This document shows, in pieces, positions 1 to 13,659 of a DNA stretch of 64,000 bases. Origin of the DNA: Octopus vulgaris (Eukaryota); contig OX597819.1 of assembly GCA_951406725.2 (NCBI GenBank), positions 87,854,001 to 87,918,000 of the forward strand. Direction: 5' to 3'. The stretch's first letter is position 1. The number at the start of each line of letters is the position of its first letter. Position numbers and translations under genes: made by a program. Below the pieces are notes generated by a model, which worked only from the letters and a program-made list of their open reading frames with translations, ran no database searches and had not been told where the DNA came from.

Positions 1-234
1 ATGGGTTTAACACACAATGGGCTATTTCAAGCCACTATCATTTGCAAATTAAATCAAATTAAATCTACCAGTAAAAACTAAATGATATGAAGATAACTGA
101 AAAAATTACTCAGAATTGCCATTATTACAAAGTAATGAAGAAAAATAATCTAATTAATTGATATGACTTATACACTGATTAATATGAACTTACTAACATT
201 ATTTGAATTTGATTTTAACAAGTATAAGTGACAA

Positions 235-1260
235 CTCAGGGCATGTTTCAGATTTATTAGGCCACTTCAGTGAAAGGAAGCTATTTTAGAACCATGTGCA
301 ATATTGTGCATTATATTATTTCTCATTTTATATTTGTAGTTATGTTTGTTTTTTAACTTCCATATATATTTAGAGAAGTATGTTGTGTTTCTTTTGGTTA
401 GGTTCCAGAAAATGTGGTTGAATGCTGCATATAACTGTTTTTGAAGGTACTACTTGTGGTGTCAATGTAGTGTTTTGGAGTTTATTCTACTCGTAATATT
501 GTTGTTTTATAGATAAAGCTTGTTTGTAAACAATTTCTATGTAATGAGTATGTTCTTGGCTTGGTGCAATTTCATAAATTGGCAGAAGTATGTTATATAG
601 CCTTTTGTATGTTGTTGTTTGGCGATTGTATGGACTGTTTGATGTGTTTTGTGCTGCAGAAGCTAAATTTTGTATCGTTTCTGTTGATTACTCTTGTGGT
701 ATTTATGTTCTGTTGGGAAATGCTTGCAAACTAGTGTTAGGAAGATGTATGCTACATTTGTTGCAATAGTTAAGCTAAAATATGGGTTCAAACAGATGAT
801 GTCTCTTTTTCTGGGTTTCTTTTGTTTATTGCCTGACTTAAGTAAGTATTATAATTTCTATTTGAATCCATTAGATTTTAGGGCTTCACTGTTGAGTAGT
901 GCCACTTAGTCAAGTATTTCTTTATTATACAAAATTGCCAATATTCTCCAGCTTATATTGCTAATTAGGCTTTTCCTTATTGATGGTGGGTATTTAATTT
1001 TATGTTTATGTATAATGGCACCTCATTAAGGCTTCTTTTAATAGGAGCAGGGTTTTCCAGTTTTCAGATTTAATGTGTCAATGTTGTGTACAATGTTTAG
1101 ATTGGTTTCCACTGTTATTTTTTTGGTTGAATTCTTTAAACTTCATTATTAGGTATTTTCTGACTTTCTCAAATTCACACCCAACCATATTTTGGAAGAG
1201 GTTATACCATCATCCCTGTATGAGCCTATTTTGTGCAAAACCCTACTATTTCATGTTTCT
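235..1260 (-). mobile_element. Degenerate Penelope-like element (RT C-terminus, GIY-YIG endonuclease, pLTR)
   Basis: Minus-strand hand translation gives IGSYRDDG (RT YxDD, ~1207-1230), ICLNPYFSLTIATNVAYIFLTLVCKHFP (the PLE 'WFNPPFS..KTNVG..FL.L..KHFP' motif) and TTYFSKYIWKLK (GIY-YIG region). Stops and frameshifts are present. A decayed HHR core lies at ~235-275. Confidence 0.85.
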
Positions 1261-1759
1261 GCTCCATTGTAGCATCACATAGTGACACCAAATAGTTTCT
1301 CACTTTCTAGTTTTACCCAGGCTGAAACTTCATGGAATAAGATAGATTTTCTAGCATGAAAATTATGTCCATTTTCTGAGAGCCACATACAACGATCTCC
1401 TCAGCAAAGCGTAGTGTTTTTTTTTTAATAAGGATTTTCTGATAGATGGATAAAAATTAACAATAGTGGGAAAATTATAAGTCTATTTTTTATACTATTG
1501 AACCAATTGATATACTATTGTTCTATTGTTTAAGTTTGTTATTTGTCAAATTTTTGAGCTGATGTTTGCCAGGATTTTTTGCTTACTGTACCCAATTCTT
1601 CTTTCGTGGGATTATTAATCCCTATATGGGGTTGCTTGCAAAGTTGAGTTTGTATGTGTATGAGTGTGTACATGTGTGTGTGTATGCATATGTGTGTGTG
1701 TGTGTGTGTGTGCCATAGCACAGTTATCTCCATTTTTGTTCTATAATCTAAGCTGTTGG

Positions 1760-2130
1760 CCAAACAAGAAGACCACTTTTTTGAAACCCTCTGCTGACTA
1801 TCTCTTCAACAAATGACAATGACCCCATTTTCACAGCCACTGGTTTTAATGGACATGTTGAGCAACACCATATTGGTATCTCTAGTGTAAATGAGAGGCA
1901 AAAGGCATGGCACAAGGAATGAGGTGGAATCATGACTCCTGGAATTCTGTGATGCGAATGACCTAGTCATTCCCAACACAAATTTCACGAAACCAGCCAC
2001 TCACCTGATCACTAACTTACCTGATAGACACACAAGCTGGTTGTATTATATTTTGACCAGAAAATAATTTAGGCAGATTGTTGTAAATGAGTAAGATCTT
2101 CCAAGGATGAATATTGGTCGACTATTGTTC
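1760..2130 (+). mobile_element. RTE-clade LINE fragment (APE endonuclease C-terminal part)
   Basis: Translation GTRNEVES*LLEFCDANDLVIPNTNFTKPATHLIT resembles the RTE endonuclease motif 'G.RN..G..LLEFC....L.I.NT.F.K...HL.T'. Confidence 0.7.
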
Positions 2131-2329
2131 CAATAATTTTGTTATAGAGTATTCTATGATGTTGTTGGGGATTGATATATTTATTCCTGGGTTTCCTAGG
2201 ATTGTTGCATCAATTCTACATTTTCCCTTTACATCTCACATATCAAAAAATGGTGAAAAATCACTGTTTATTTTTTGTAAACGTGTTATTTTCTAGTTTA
2301 TATATTTGCTCTCTACAATACGCTATGTT

Positions 2330-3700
2330 ATGACTTTTAGTCTGAAGGATGTTAAATGAAGATGTCAGAGGAAGAAAATATATCATTAAATACTTCAAAT
2401 ACAAATAAAAAAGAAAATGGGAGCTTTCAATTTATGTAAGAATCTAATTGTAGATTCTGGATTTTCAATGATGTGTTCAAAAAGGCTGATTATAAAATCA
2501 CAATTTTCTTTTGTAGTAATAATAAAACATGAGGAGTAGTCCCATCTAGTTGCTGTTACTTTGGGAAATATTTTTTTTAACAATGTTACTCAATGCATTA
2601 GCCCATTTGGGTAATTTTGTAGAAAAATATACCCAGTCCATTTATTGTAGGAAAAAAATATCTTCAATTCTTTTATAGCAGAGCAAGCTTGTGAAAGAAC
2701 TAGATTTAGGACATGACATAACAATGAACAAAGATAGCATATTCATATTTCTCTCTTAAGTTTGACTGCAACCCATTTAATTTCCAGTCATTGTAGTGGA
2801 ACCATAAGTTTAGGCAATTTGTTTTCACACCTCCACATTTCAACGCATTTAAAAATATGTTCAGATAAAGCATTTGCTGAACGATCTGCACCAACATTAT
2901 TAAAGCCTGTATATCATTCTTTAGTAACACAATCTGTGGCAACATAACACAAAACAGGTCACAGTTGGGAATAGTTCAATACATCAGACGTTTCATCTAC
3001 AAGAGTACCTACAAATTTAGCATGCTTTCTATTTTATTCCACCTTTTGGACCGCATTGTTGTAATCATTATGAATTCCATTTCAGAGATCAGAGAAAACA
3101 AAAGCGGCATCGAGAAGGCTTGCTAAGTTTTCATCATACTGATTAGATACAAGAGTTTTTGTAATTTCTGCGATTTTTGGATTCAGAGTGACTCTGAAAT
3201 GATGATTCTTGGCGATCTTGAAAAATAATTACATAGCCACAGAATGTATGTTTCGTCTAACTTCTTCATTAAGCTATTACACGCCCTATTTTTTTATCCT
3301 TATCTAATTGTTTGTCAATGCGAACATACTCAAGTGTTTTAAGAGCTATCAAGGACTTTATGTCTTTGAGAACATTTATGTTTTAGCATGACCAAAAGTA
3401 GATTGTTTGAATTGTTGCGATTTTTATCACTCAAAGCAGTTTTTTTCTAAACTAAATAAGCATGGTCAACAGAAATAACTTACTTAGCTTAGCACTTTTA
3501 GCTAAACCATTATTTTTCTTTTGTATAGATTAATGTAAAGTTGTCTGACACATTTCTTGTAATATCACGAGTTAGGTTATTTCGGAGTTGGTCTGCCATC
3601 ATTTATAATTAATTGCTTTCCTTCAGAGTCTTTTCTCTTTGAAAAATTATTTCTCAAAAGTTCTTCTGTAACATGCGTTTCAGTCATTTGGACTAATATT
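2330..3700 (-). mobile_element. Decayed hAT-superfamily (ZMYM1/DUF4371-like) transposase
   Basis: Minus-strand pieces VDETSDV, NGLQSNLREKYEYAIFVHCY (CxxH-type region) and PKVTATRWDYSS (TRW motif), with many stops. Confidence 0.75.
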
Positions 3701-4079
3701 TCAAAGGTTCAAAATATGTTCTATAAAAGAAATACATGCATGATATATGTTTGTGTATGTGTGTGATCTTACTTGTATGTGTGTGTGTGTGTGTGTATTA
3801 GTTTGCGTAAACGTCAGACTGTGAAATGTGTGGATGTGGTTATTTGTTCAACATTGTGATAATTTTTTTTTATCTTAGCAAAAGAACAAAACAAAAAAAA
3901 CAAAATCATTAGGAGTTGAGAAAAAGATGAAAAATGCCATTAAACTGTAAACATGTTTCTCTCAATAACAAATCTCTGCTTTTATAAAATATTTAATTTA
4001 GCTTAATTTTTTGCCTCTAGTTATATGATGCTGACAATCCTAACAAAAGGATAAAATAGTACTAAATGGCTATGTATGT

Positions 4080-4760
4080 ATGTTCATTTCATGCACACAT
4101 CACCAAAATGGTGGCAATATGCAGGCAAATGGCTGAATAGATTCTGAGAACTTTCAGAACAAGGGACCAGGAAACAACGTTGGTTCTATGGAAGACATTT
4201 ATCCTCTACTGTCTGAACTACTGCTCTCAATTATAGTCGTCTACAGCAAGAAATTAATGGTGGGATTCAAGGCAGTTCAGTGGTGTTAAACCAAGAAAAT
4301 TTGTTCAATGAAACACTTGAGTCACAGAAAGAATTACGACTCTACTCCCTAGAGTGAAAAGAGGAGAGATATATGGTGATATACAAATGGAATATGTTAG
4401 AGGAACTTAGTTTGGCATCACGAGTTATACCAGCCCCTGAACAGAACACCAATGCACTATTCCAAAGGTCCCACCTATCCCATCTAGAATAAGGACCAGG
4501 TACTGCAATAGCTTGGGATTCAAAGGCCCACAGCTATTTAATATTGTCTCAAAAAAGAAAAACCCCAAAAAACTGAGAGATCTACATGGAATGTGGGTGG
4601 ATGTTTTTAAGAAGCACTTTGATCTATGGCCATCCAAGATCCCAGATGAATCTACATCACAGCAAGAAGAAGAAGGCAGCAATATCAAACTCGCTCCTCC
4701 ACCAAAAGCCAACCAAATGAGAATAGCAAGTGAAGAGGTAATGACACTGGTGGTACCCCA
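4080..4760 (+). mobile_element. CR1/L2-group LINE, 3' end of ORF2 (degenerate)
   Basis: ILRTFRTRDQETTLVLWKTFI..LNYCSQL and GFKGPQLFN..PKKLRDL..VDVFKKHFDLW..KIPDE are typical post-RT C-terminal motifs. Confidence 0.75.
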
Positions 4761-5527
4761 ACATGTTGACAAGGTTTGGGGTGAAATGCATAAAAGAATA
4801 CACATGCAATATTGTTACTTTCTTAATTTCTGCTAAATTATCTCAGTTCTTATTTACACAAAACCACCACAAGAAAAAAAAAATTTCTGATGGTTTAAAA
4901 AATATATATATAGTTGGGATTGTTTTTTACATATGTCTATTAGTTTATCTCTCTCCATACTTGTATATCTGCCTAAGGTGATCTGGTTATTGTGTGTATA
5001 TTCAATTGTCTGATTAATATATTTGCACTCATATGTGTGAATACATATTCTGGTTTAACACACGCACGTGTGTATATGCATATGTATTAGACACTGGGCG
5101 GGGTTCTTCACACACAAACTGTTGTGTTATTTATACTTATGGTTCTGCATGAAACCAACCTTACGAATTCAAGTGTTTTCAGTAATATACATACACTTCA
5201 TTCAAATGCCCCCTTGGAAAGCTCCAAGATGTCGCACACGCACTCAGCTCAGAGAGCAACACTTCTTATATAGCAGAAACAGTCGTTAGCTAATGAAAGG
5301 GATTACAAGATTTCTGTTCCTTTATCATTCATTGACACAAACACACACATACACACATGCAGACACACAATGATGAGCTTACTACCAAATCCACTCATGA
5401 AGCATTGGCCAACTTGAGGCTACAACGCAAGACACTTTCCCAAGTTGCTGTCTAGTAAAGATAGAATCCAAGGCCAGGTGGTATTAAAGTGAATGCATAT
5501 CCACACAGCCATGTCAGCAGCTGGCAT

Positions 5528-5790
5528 ATCTATTATATAAAAGCCATTTGTCAGTCTGTCTGTGTGTCTTCTAGGATCTCGGGTATCCTCCATCTGATTG
5601 CACTTAAATTTGATATGTAGATACCGACGGTATCAGGGCGTGTATAAGTCTTGAAAAAATTACAAAAATCGATTCCAGGTGAGAATGCGACTGATAAAGC
5701 TGTGGGAACGTGCATTTGTAAAATTGTTTTTCTTGGAATAGAAAAAAAGTCTATCATTATTTCTTCTTTTGCAGGTGTCTCAAATTTAGG
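5528..5790 (+). mobile_element. Probable non-autonomous Helitron 5' portion
   Basis: Begins A|TCTATTATATAAAAG followed by a TCTG/TGTC microsatellite, like the Helitron 5' ends at 45156, 45954 and 54148. Confidence 0.4.
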
Positions 5791-6626
5791 TTAAATCAGT
5801 GTTTCTCAAAGGGGAGGCCTATGGGACGGTCGGACAAGTTGTTTTGAGAAAATTTGGTTTAAATGTTTCACAACTCAGCACCGTCCATTGGACGGGGGGG
5901 GGGGCGTTTTGCTCGTTTACTTTTTATGAAACTATATACACCTTCCATCATGTTTGAATGTAACGTTACATCATTGAGATCTATGAACAGAAGACAGTTG
6001 TTAACTGTGTGATGTTTTAGCATTTGTCCTTTCATTCTGTTGTTCATCAGTATCTATGATGTTAAACGCAAAATTCTGTCTGTCTGTCCGGGACCCCTGT
6101 ATCTCAGTCTACATTTGCTCTGCATAGACATATTGATATGCCATTTTGGAAACAGGATGATCCCAGGATTGAAAATCTACTCTTCATTTGGTTCTTGAAC
6201 ATCCAGCATTGGGATCCGATTCTGGTCAAGAATTTGTTATATGCTAACAGTTGGAAATTCAAATTTTCAAAGAACTCAAAAAATGTGTGAACTTACAAGT
6301 TTTTCATTTAAACTGAATTTAAAGTAATACCATATTCATAGGGTAATAACATATTGGTAGGGTACCAATAAATGCTTTATCATCACTGCTCTCTTCAGTC
6401 CTCCACAGGTGCTAGCTCAAAAGTCTGCAGAGAGTGTGGCTTTTAAACTACTATGCACATAAAAGGAAAGACAGGTTTAGTTTTGTCTTGTTGAGTTCTG
6501 AGTTCAAATTCCATTTTCATTAAGTTTATCTTTCTTTTTTCTCCTTGAGCAATAAAATCAGTGACAAATGAATACAAAGTACCAATCAAATATAAACTTT
6601 CCTGGAAATCTCTTGCCTGATAGCAA

Positions 6627-8500
6627 CATCATCATCATCATGGTTTAACGTCCGTTTTCCGTGCTAGCATGGGTTGGACAGTTTGACCGGGGTCTGGGAA
6701 GCCAGGAGGCTGCACCAGGCTCCAGTTTGATCTGGCAGTGTTTCTACAGCTGGATGCCCTTCCTAATGCCAACCACTCCGTGAGTGTAGTGGGTGCTTTT
6801 TACGTGCCACCTGCACAGGTGCCAGGGGAGTCTGGCAGCGTCCACGATCGGTTGGTGCTCTTTATGTGCCACCGGCACAGAAGCCAGTCAAGGCGGCGCT
6901 GGCATCGGCCACGTTCGGATGGAGCTTTTTACATGCCACCAGCACAGAAGCCAGTCAAGGCGGCGCTGGCATCGGCCACGTTCGGATGGTGCTTTTTACG
7001 TGCCACCAGCACAGGTATCACAACTACTATTTCCATTGATATTTATTTCGATGTTCATGTACTTGACTCAATAGGTCTCCTCAAGCACAGCAGGTTGTTC
7101 TGAAATCCAAGGTACTTTGAATGGGCTGGGGCTATGCGGAACTGGTGCAGGAAGCAGCCCGGGTCTTTGCAGTCACAGCATATCTCCAGAGATCTCGGTC
7201 CTTCATCATTGCTTCTGTGAGGCCCAACACTGAGGTCATGCTTCACTACCTCATCCCATGTTTTCCTGGGTCTACCTCTCCCCCTGATACTTTCAACTGT
7301 TTGGGAGCGGCACTTCTTCACACATCTCTCCTCATCCATCTGCAGTACATGACCATACCATCGCAGGCGTCGCTCTTGCACACCACATCTGATGCTTCTT
7401 ATGTCCAGCATTTCTCTCAGGGTGCTTACACTCTGTCATGCGTGCACACTGACATTATACATCCAGCGTATCATGTTAGCTTCATTTCTTTCAGGTCTAC
7501 ACATGTCCTCTGCAGTCACAGCCCATGTTTCACTACCATGAAGCATGGCGGTTCACACACACGCATCATACAATCTACCTTTCACTCTGAGCGAGAGACC
7601 CTTTGTCGCCAGTAGGGGTAGGAGCTTTCTAAACTTTGCCCAGGCTATTCGTATTCTAGTGGTGACACTCTCTGAGCATCCACCTCCACTACTGACTTAG
7701 TCACCTAGGTAGCGGAAACTATCAACTACTTCTAGTTTCTCCCCCTGGAGGGTGATGGAATCTGTTTTCTGAGTATCTGTGGTGTCTATTGTCCCTGTGC
7801 ATCTGCCGCACATGAAAGCTATCTTATCAGTTAATTTCCCTTTGATGTTGCTGCACCTCTTATGCATCCATAGCTTACACTGGGTGCATCTTATGGAGTT
7901 TCTACCTACACCTTTCCTACAGATCGAGCAGGGCCACCTGCCCGAGGGGGTGTGTGATGAGTTCGCCTTTCTGCTTACTATAACCTTGGTCTTTGCTACA
8001 TTTACTCTAAGGCCCTTTGATTCTAAACCTTGCTTCCACACCCGAAATTTCTTTTCTAGTTCCGGTAGTGATTCTGCTATGAGAGCCAGGTCATCAGCAT
8101 AGAGGAACTCCCAGGGGCATCCTGTTTTGAATTCCTCTGTTATTGCCTGGAGGACTATGATGAATAAAAGGGGACTGAGGGCTGAACCTTGGTGTACACC
8201 TACTTCTACCCTGAATTCTTCACTATACTCATTGCCAATCCTAACCTTGCTGACAGCCTCTCTGTATAGGGCCTGTACAGCCCTTATTAGCCATTCGTCA
8301 ATCTCCAGTTTCCACATCGACCACCAGATAAGGGATCGGGGAACCCTGTCAAAGGCTTTCTCCAAGTCCACAAAAGCTATGTAGAGGGGTTTATCTTTAG
8401 CTAGGTATTTCTCCTGCAGTTGTCAAACCAGGAATATAGCATCAGTGGTGCTTCTGCCCAGCACAAAACTGAACTGCATCTCATCTAAGCAAATTTTCTC
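6627..8500 (-). mobile_element. 5'-truncated RTE-clade LINE (RT with Cys/His finger, 3' UTR, (GAT)n tail)
   Basis: ORF 7697-8371 has DLEKAFDRVPR, GVHQGSALSPLLF, YADD and FRYLG. ORF 7055-7411 has RRLRWYGHV..RGRGRPRKTW. The 3' UTR has ~60-bp tandem units and ends in (GAT)n at ~6627-6641. Confidence 0.92.
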
Positions 8501-9680
8501 CCAAGAAAAATCACAAAAGGTATATCTGTGTGGTTATGAAGTTTGCTTCGCAACTATTGGTTTCAATGTGGTGCCTAAGGTCATTGCCTTCTACTATAGT
8601 CCTGAGCCAACCAATTACTTGTGAGTGAAGTTGGCAGATGGAAACAGTGTGGAAACCCATCGTATATATGTGTGTGTGTATCTGTGCCCTCCCACCATCC
8701 CGTGTTGGTTTGCTTACATTCCATAACTTATACATCTTTCAGATTCCGATGGGTCAATCTGGGACTGACAGTTGCCCAAGGTGCTATGCAGTAGAGGAAC
8801 TGAACCCAAGATGATATGGCTGAGAAGTAAGCTTCTTAACTACACCCCTACACCTGTATATCTTTTAATTCAATTTTCTGCAAATACCATTTAGATATTG
8901 TAGATTCCAATTATATCAGTATTTGCTGTGAAAATGTTTTCAGAGGAGAGGAGTTTTGGACAATTCACAGAAGTTAATTTAGTTTCCTAATGTTATTCAG
9001 AAAAAAATGGGTTTTTTTTTAATGAAGCTTTCTACAAATACCTTTCAGATGGTGTACATTACGATTACATTGGAATTTAATGTGAAGAAAAAAATTGATG
9101 GGTGCGCACAAATACATACTGACATCACATAACTACGTGACTGACCAGGCTGTCAAATGTTGTTACATATTGCTGATCACAATGTGTTTTTGCATTGTTT
9201 TAGCTTTCAAATGATGCCACCCCACTGGCTAGGCAACAGGGACAACATTTCCCCACTGATCAAAAGTGGGATTGGAGCAACGTGAAATGCAGTGTTTTGC
9301 TCAAGAACACAATGCACTGTCCAATCAAGGAATCATGCCCATATTCTAGCGATCATGAGTGCAACAGCCTCAACACTAGGCCATACGCCTTCACATACTG
9401 ACACACATTGCATAATTTTTCAAACTTCCATGTTTCATTTTATCTTTCACTAGTTTCAATCATTTGACTGTGGCTATGCTGGAGCATCATCTTGAAGGGT
9501 TTTAGTCGAACAAATCGACCTCAAGAGTTTTTTTTTTAAGCTCTGCACTTATTCAATCGATCTCTTTTGAGGAACTGCTAAATTACAGGGATGTAAACTC
9601 ACCAACACTGGTCATCAAGTGGTGGTGGAGGACAAACACAAAGATACACACACATATATACATACATGTCTATGTGTGTA

Positions 9681-9915
9681 TACAAGGCGAATCAGAAGTA
9701 GTGGCCAGTTTCTGGAAAGACATGCCTTTGTTTTGTAGGTTTATTACTGACAGTTTTGAAACTTACTAAATCTGGACCATGTATCATGTTGTTAATACTC
9801 TTTGATATCCCAACCCATAAAACAAGAATTAGGAATCAAAAATATCTCCCAATTGGGAAGTCATATATATCAACCCTAAAGCAGGAATTGGGCGCAACTT
9901 TTATCGCACCCTGTA
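9681..9915. mobile_element. Tc1/mariner-type MITE
   Basis: Imperfect TIRs TACAAGGCGAATCAGAAGT / ACTTTTATCGCACCCTGTA, flanked by TA. Confidence 0.45.
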
Positions 9916-9919
9916 TAAA

Positions 9920-10803
9920 TGGCAGGGAGCAAAATTAGGTGTTTTTACTGCATTTTTTTTACTTTGAGGTAAAATGTATTTTTTTACAAATGTTCACTAC
10001 CTTAAGCAAATGGCCTTCCCTAAATGCATTAAAAACATTATAGCAATCTGGTCGTTATTTCAGAAAATTATCGCCGTTCTATTTGAGCATATAAAAGACA
10101 AATTTAGCTGGGGCAAAATGAGTAAGCCATGATAACGTATATTTGACGCTTCAATTTTCCAGAAAACAGACTCATGCACATCAATAACCATCCCTGACAT
10201 CAAAAAGATCACAAAAAAAAAAATAAAATTTCTAGGTCAAATAAAAGAGGCTCAGGGAAAAATGGCACATGATATGAATTTATTGAAATTCGACTAAATA
10301 ATTAAAAAAGGTAAAAAAACAACATAAAATATTATCGATAGCTTCTTCAAAATTTACTGGAGTGTCCTCTTGAGATAAATTTTCTAACCATGCAGTTAAA
10401 GAGAAGAAATTATAGAAATTAAACTTACTCATTTTACTCCATTTTTGACATCATTTTTTGAAACTTGAAAATTATCAAATTAGACATGGGGTGAAAATTG
10501 ACAGAATCCAACAGAGAAAATAATATTGATTGTTAAACACCAAAAATTGTCCAAATATTTTAGTAACAACCTCAATTACAATAGGGTTGAAGTAGAGGAA
10601 AAATTTCTTGAAAAAGGTGAACCTGCCACCTGACTATGATTCAGACTCTCTCAACTTTAACAACAGTGCTGACCAATTTTTACTCCAAAAAACAATGCAA
10701 CATTACAAAATGATAATACAATACTTGCAATGTAATTATTTCAAACAAGTAAAAAATAAATAACAAGAAATCAAAAGCTACTCATTTTGCCCCACCCAGC
10801 GCC
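9920..10803. mobile_element. Probable non-autonomous DNA transposon with GGGGCAAAATGAGT subterminal motifs
   Basis: The motif GGGGCAAAATGAGTA (~10110) and its reverse complement (~10780-10793, partly ~10426) frame an AT-rich non-coding interior. Confidence 0.35.
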
Positions 10804-11656
10804 ATATACTGTATTTTAGTGTCAAAACCTACTTTTTTTGTCAAAAAGTAGGTTTAAAAATTATGGGAGTTTCTTAAACACGGATAGTATTCAAATGTCT
10901 TGCAAAACCTTTTTTCGAAATTTTAAGCCCCAAAAGTTAGAAGTTTCTTTATATAACAGGGTTCCTTATACACTTTAAAATACGGAGGGTTGGGGCAAAA
11001 TTTATTCAGTTTCTGTCTACAAAATCCACTTACAAGGCCCGAGGCTTGAGTAGAAGGTACTCGCCCAAGTGAGACTGAACCCTGAATCATGAGGTTGGAA
11101 GCAACCTTCTTTATTTCATTACATTTGTCATAAAGGCATAATATAGATGGAAGCTTTGCGGGCTGGACACAGACACAATGATGATGATGGAATGAAAAAA
11201 GAGATGGTTGGTGGGGCAAGCAGCCAACGCCCACCAATTGTTGCTTCCGGTAACATTGTTCTTTTTTAAAAACCTCTTACAACAATTACAAACTGAGGCG
11301 CTGAGCCTCTTACCAATCTCCAAGTTCGAATCAAGGCACTGAGACCTCTTTCTCTGCCTGTAGTCGCAAGCCGGGGCCCCATAAGAGATTATTGTATTCA
11401 TCCTTGGTAAAGGAATCTATCACCCTGTAGAAATAATTTTCCTCTATGACCTCCAGCCACGCCTACGCCTATTATGAAAATTTATAGCTTATATATATCT
11501 ACACATACATACTGACACACATTACACCTGTACACCTATATCAACAAATGAAACTTGAAATTTAAAAAAAAATGTTGTGTCAGTATGTATGAGAGCACGC
11601 CCATCACCCCCCTCCCATTTATTCCTGATACAGTGGTTTGCAACATCTGAAATTTC

Positions 11657-12069
11657 AGATCTTTCCGGTTTGAATGGCAGTTTTCTCTAGCGGTGTCATA
11701 TGAAATTGTCACTCATAATTATGACCCAAGTATCGGTCTATTGCGTTTCAATCTGTTTTAGGGTTAGAGTTAGGATTAGTGGGGGATGTATCTTTTTTTC
11801 TTCACAAATGTAAATAAACCCAATCTGTTTCTTAAACAAGGGACATATTCATACGGCACAGAATGTTTTCACCTCAATAGACGTCATTGATTGGTTGAAA
11901 TTGCAGAAATTGAAGAAAAACAACAAATATCTTACAAACTATAGAATTTTCTCTATAAAGCCAAGAGAAAAAGATGTTTTATAAACACATTCTACCAGTA
12001 TACGAAGTTTAAAATTCTTTAGTTACCTAAAAATTATGTTAAAAACTGCCGTTCAAACCGAAAAGATCC
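11657..12069. mobile_element. ~410-bp MITE (GATCTTT TIR family) with internal TTAGGG-like repeats
   Basis: TIRs GATCTTTCCGGTTTGAATGGCAGTTTT / AAAACTGCCGTTCAAACCGAAAAGATC. A close copy lies inverted at 60190-60615. Confidence 0.85.
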
Positions 12070-13659
12070 CAGTCTGTTTGTTGCCATGGTCACTATGCAG
12101 TTTCGATGGCCGCTTTTGAGGACATTGGACTAATTTCATTGGTTAAAGATATATAACTTTAAATGGTTCTGCCTTGTTGATTATTAAGTTTTCGGCAAAC
12201 ATGGACGTAATAAAGACAAAAATTGTAAATTTACTTTATACATTGCAGGTTAATGACTTTCCTGTGCCTAATGAGTTCTAGCCAAATTTTCTGTATCAAG
12301 TAAAACAACTGTGTTGATTCCATACAGTTGCTCGACCTGCTAGAAATAGCAGCAGACTACTTACCCCTCATTTTATTTTAATAGCCATTACTAGTTTTAT
12401 CATGTATAATATAATTAGTCATCTATTTTTTTTTTTCTTATATCTCTTTCAGTCATTAGACTTCGGCCATGCTGGGGCACCACTTTGAATTTTTAGTCGC
12501 CCACTTCGACATGCCCAGCATCCCCTCGTGGGGTGGGAGATTACCGCCCAAGTTGAAAACTTCAAACGCAAAAAAAAAAAAAAAATGAGTGACATACTAT
12601 TAGTTCTTGCGATTTGGTTTCGAATCTCAGAATATGTTCTTCCTCCTAACAAAATACAGGTGTATAGTGAGAACTGCGAATACACCCATACTTAATAGAA
12701 ATAACGAATGTTAACAATATTTCTTCAAAGATTATTTTAACTAATTGACGAATATATTTGTGTAGGCACGAGGGATAGTATTTCTAGAGGAAGAGAGCTA
12801 ACATGACGAAAGGTTGACTGATTTGTTTAAACATTTGTAAAATGATACGAATAAGCCTTGATTGTTTACGAGCAGATCCGAATTAAAATAAATCACGTTG
12901 TATATAGTATCAGGTATATTTACACAAGCGTGTCCCCACCCAAATTTGTTTCCTCATAATTTTCAGGAAAATGAGTATTTTCGAATGAAATTTTCTACAA
13001 ATACCTTTCAGATAGTGTTCATTACAATTATGGAAGAATTTAATGTGAAAAATAATTGGGGGGAAGGGGGGGGGGGGAGAAAAAAAAAAAGAAAAACACG
13101 TACATTACTGACACACATCACGTAGTATTTTTCAGTATGTTGACTATCATTTTGTAGATATATATGTGATCTGCATTAGCGTGTGTGCGCGCCCAGCAAT
13201 TTTTTTTTTTTTTTCCGCATTAAATTCCAATATAACGGCAATCTAAACCATCTGAAAGGTATTCGTAGGGAATTTCGTTTAACATACTATTTTTCTACCT
13301 TAAAGTTATGAAGAAACAAAGTCGCGATGGAGCACACTTGTGTAGGTATGGCTAATAAATTGTTTTAGTTTCTGGTGCTCTTTGCAAAAGCTATGGCTTT
13401 CAACATTTTAATTTCTTTTGTTTTGAATTTTTAAACATTTATATTCAGCGATTTACATTTCCGTTTGAAAAACTAAAATTTAGTGGCTTTGTCGATTATA
13501 TTGCCCTCCAGTACTCGACTGGTATTTTGTTTTATTATCCATGAAGAACAAACGTGAAAGGTGACCTCGTCGGATCTGAACTCAGAACGGAACGAACTAG
13601 AACAAATATCTCCAGACGTTTTGTCCGACGATCTAATAATAATAATAATAATTTTTTTT

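Noticed and set aside
6790-7015. Regular ~60-bp repeats resembling a CRISPR array
   Set aside because: There are no unique spacers. These are tandem units of an RTE 3' UTR in eukaryotic DNA, with no cas genes.
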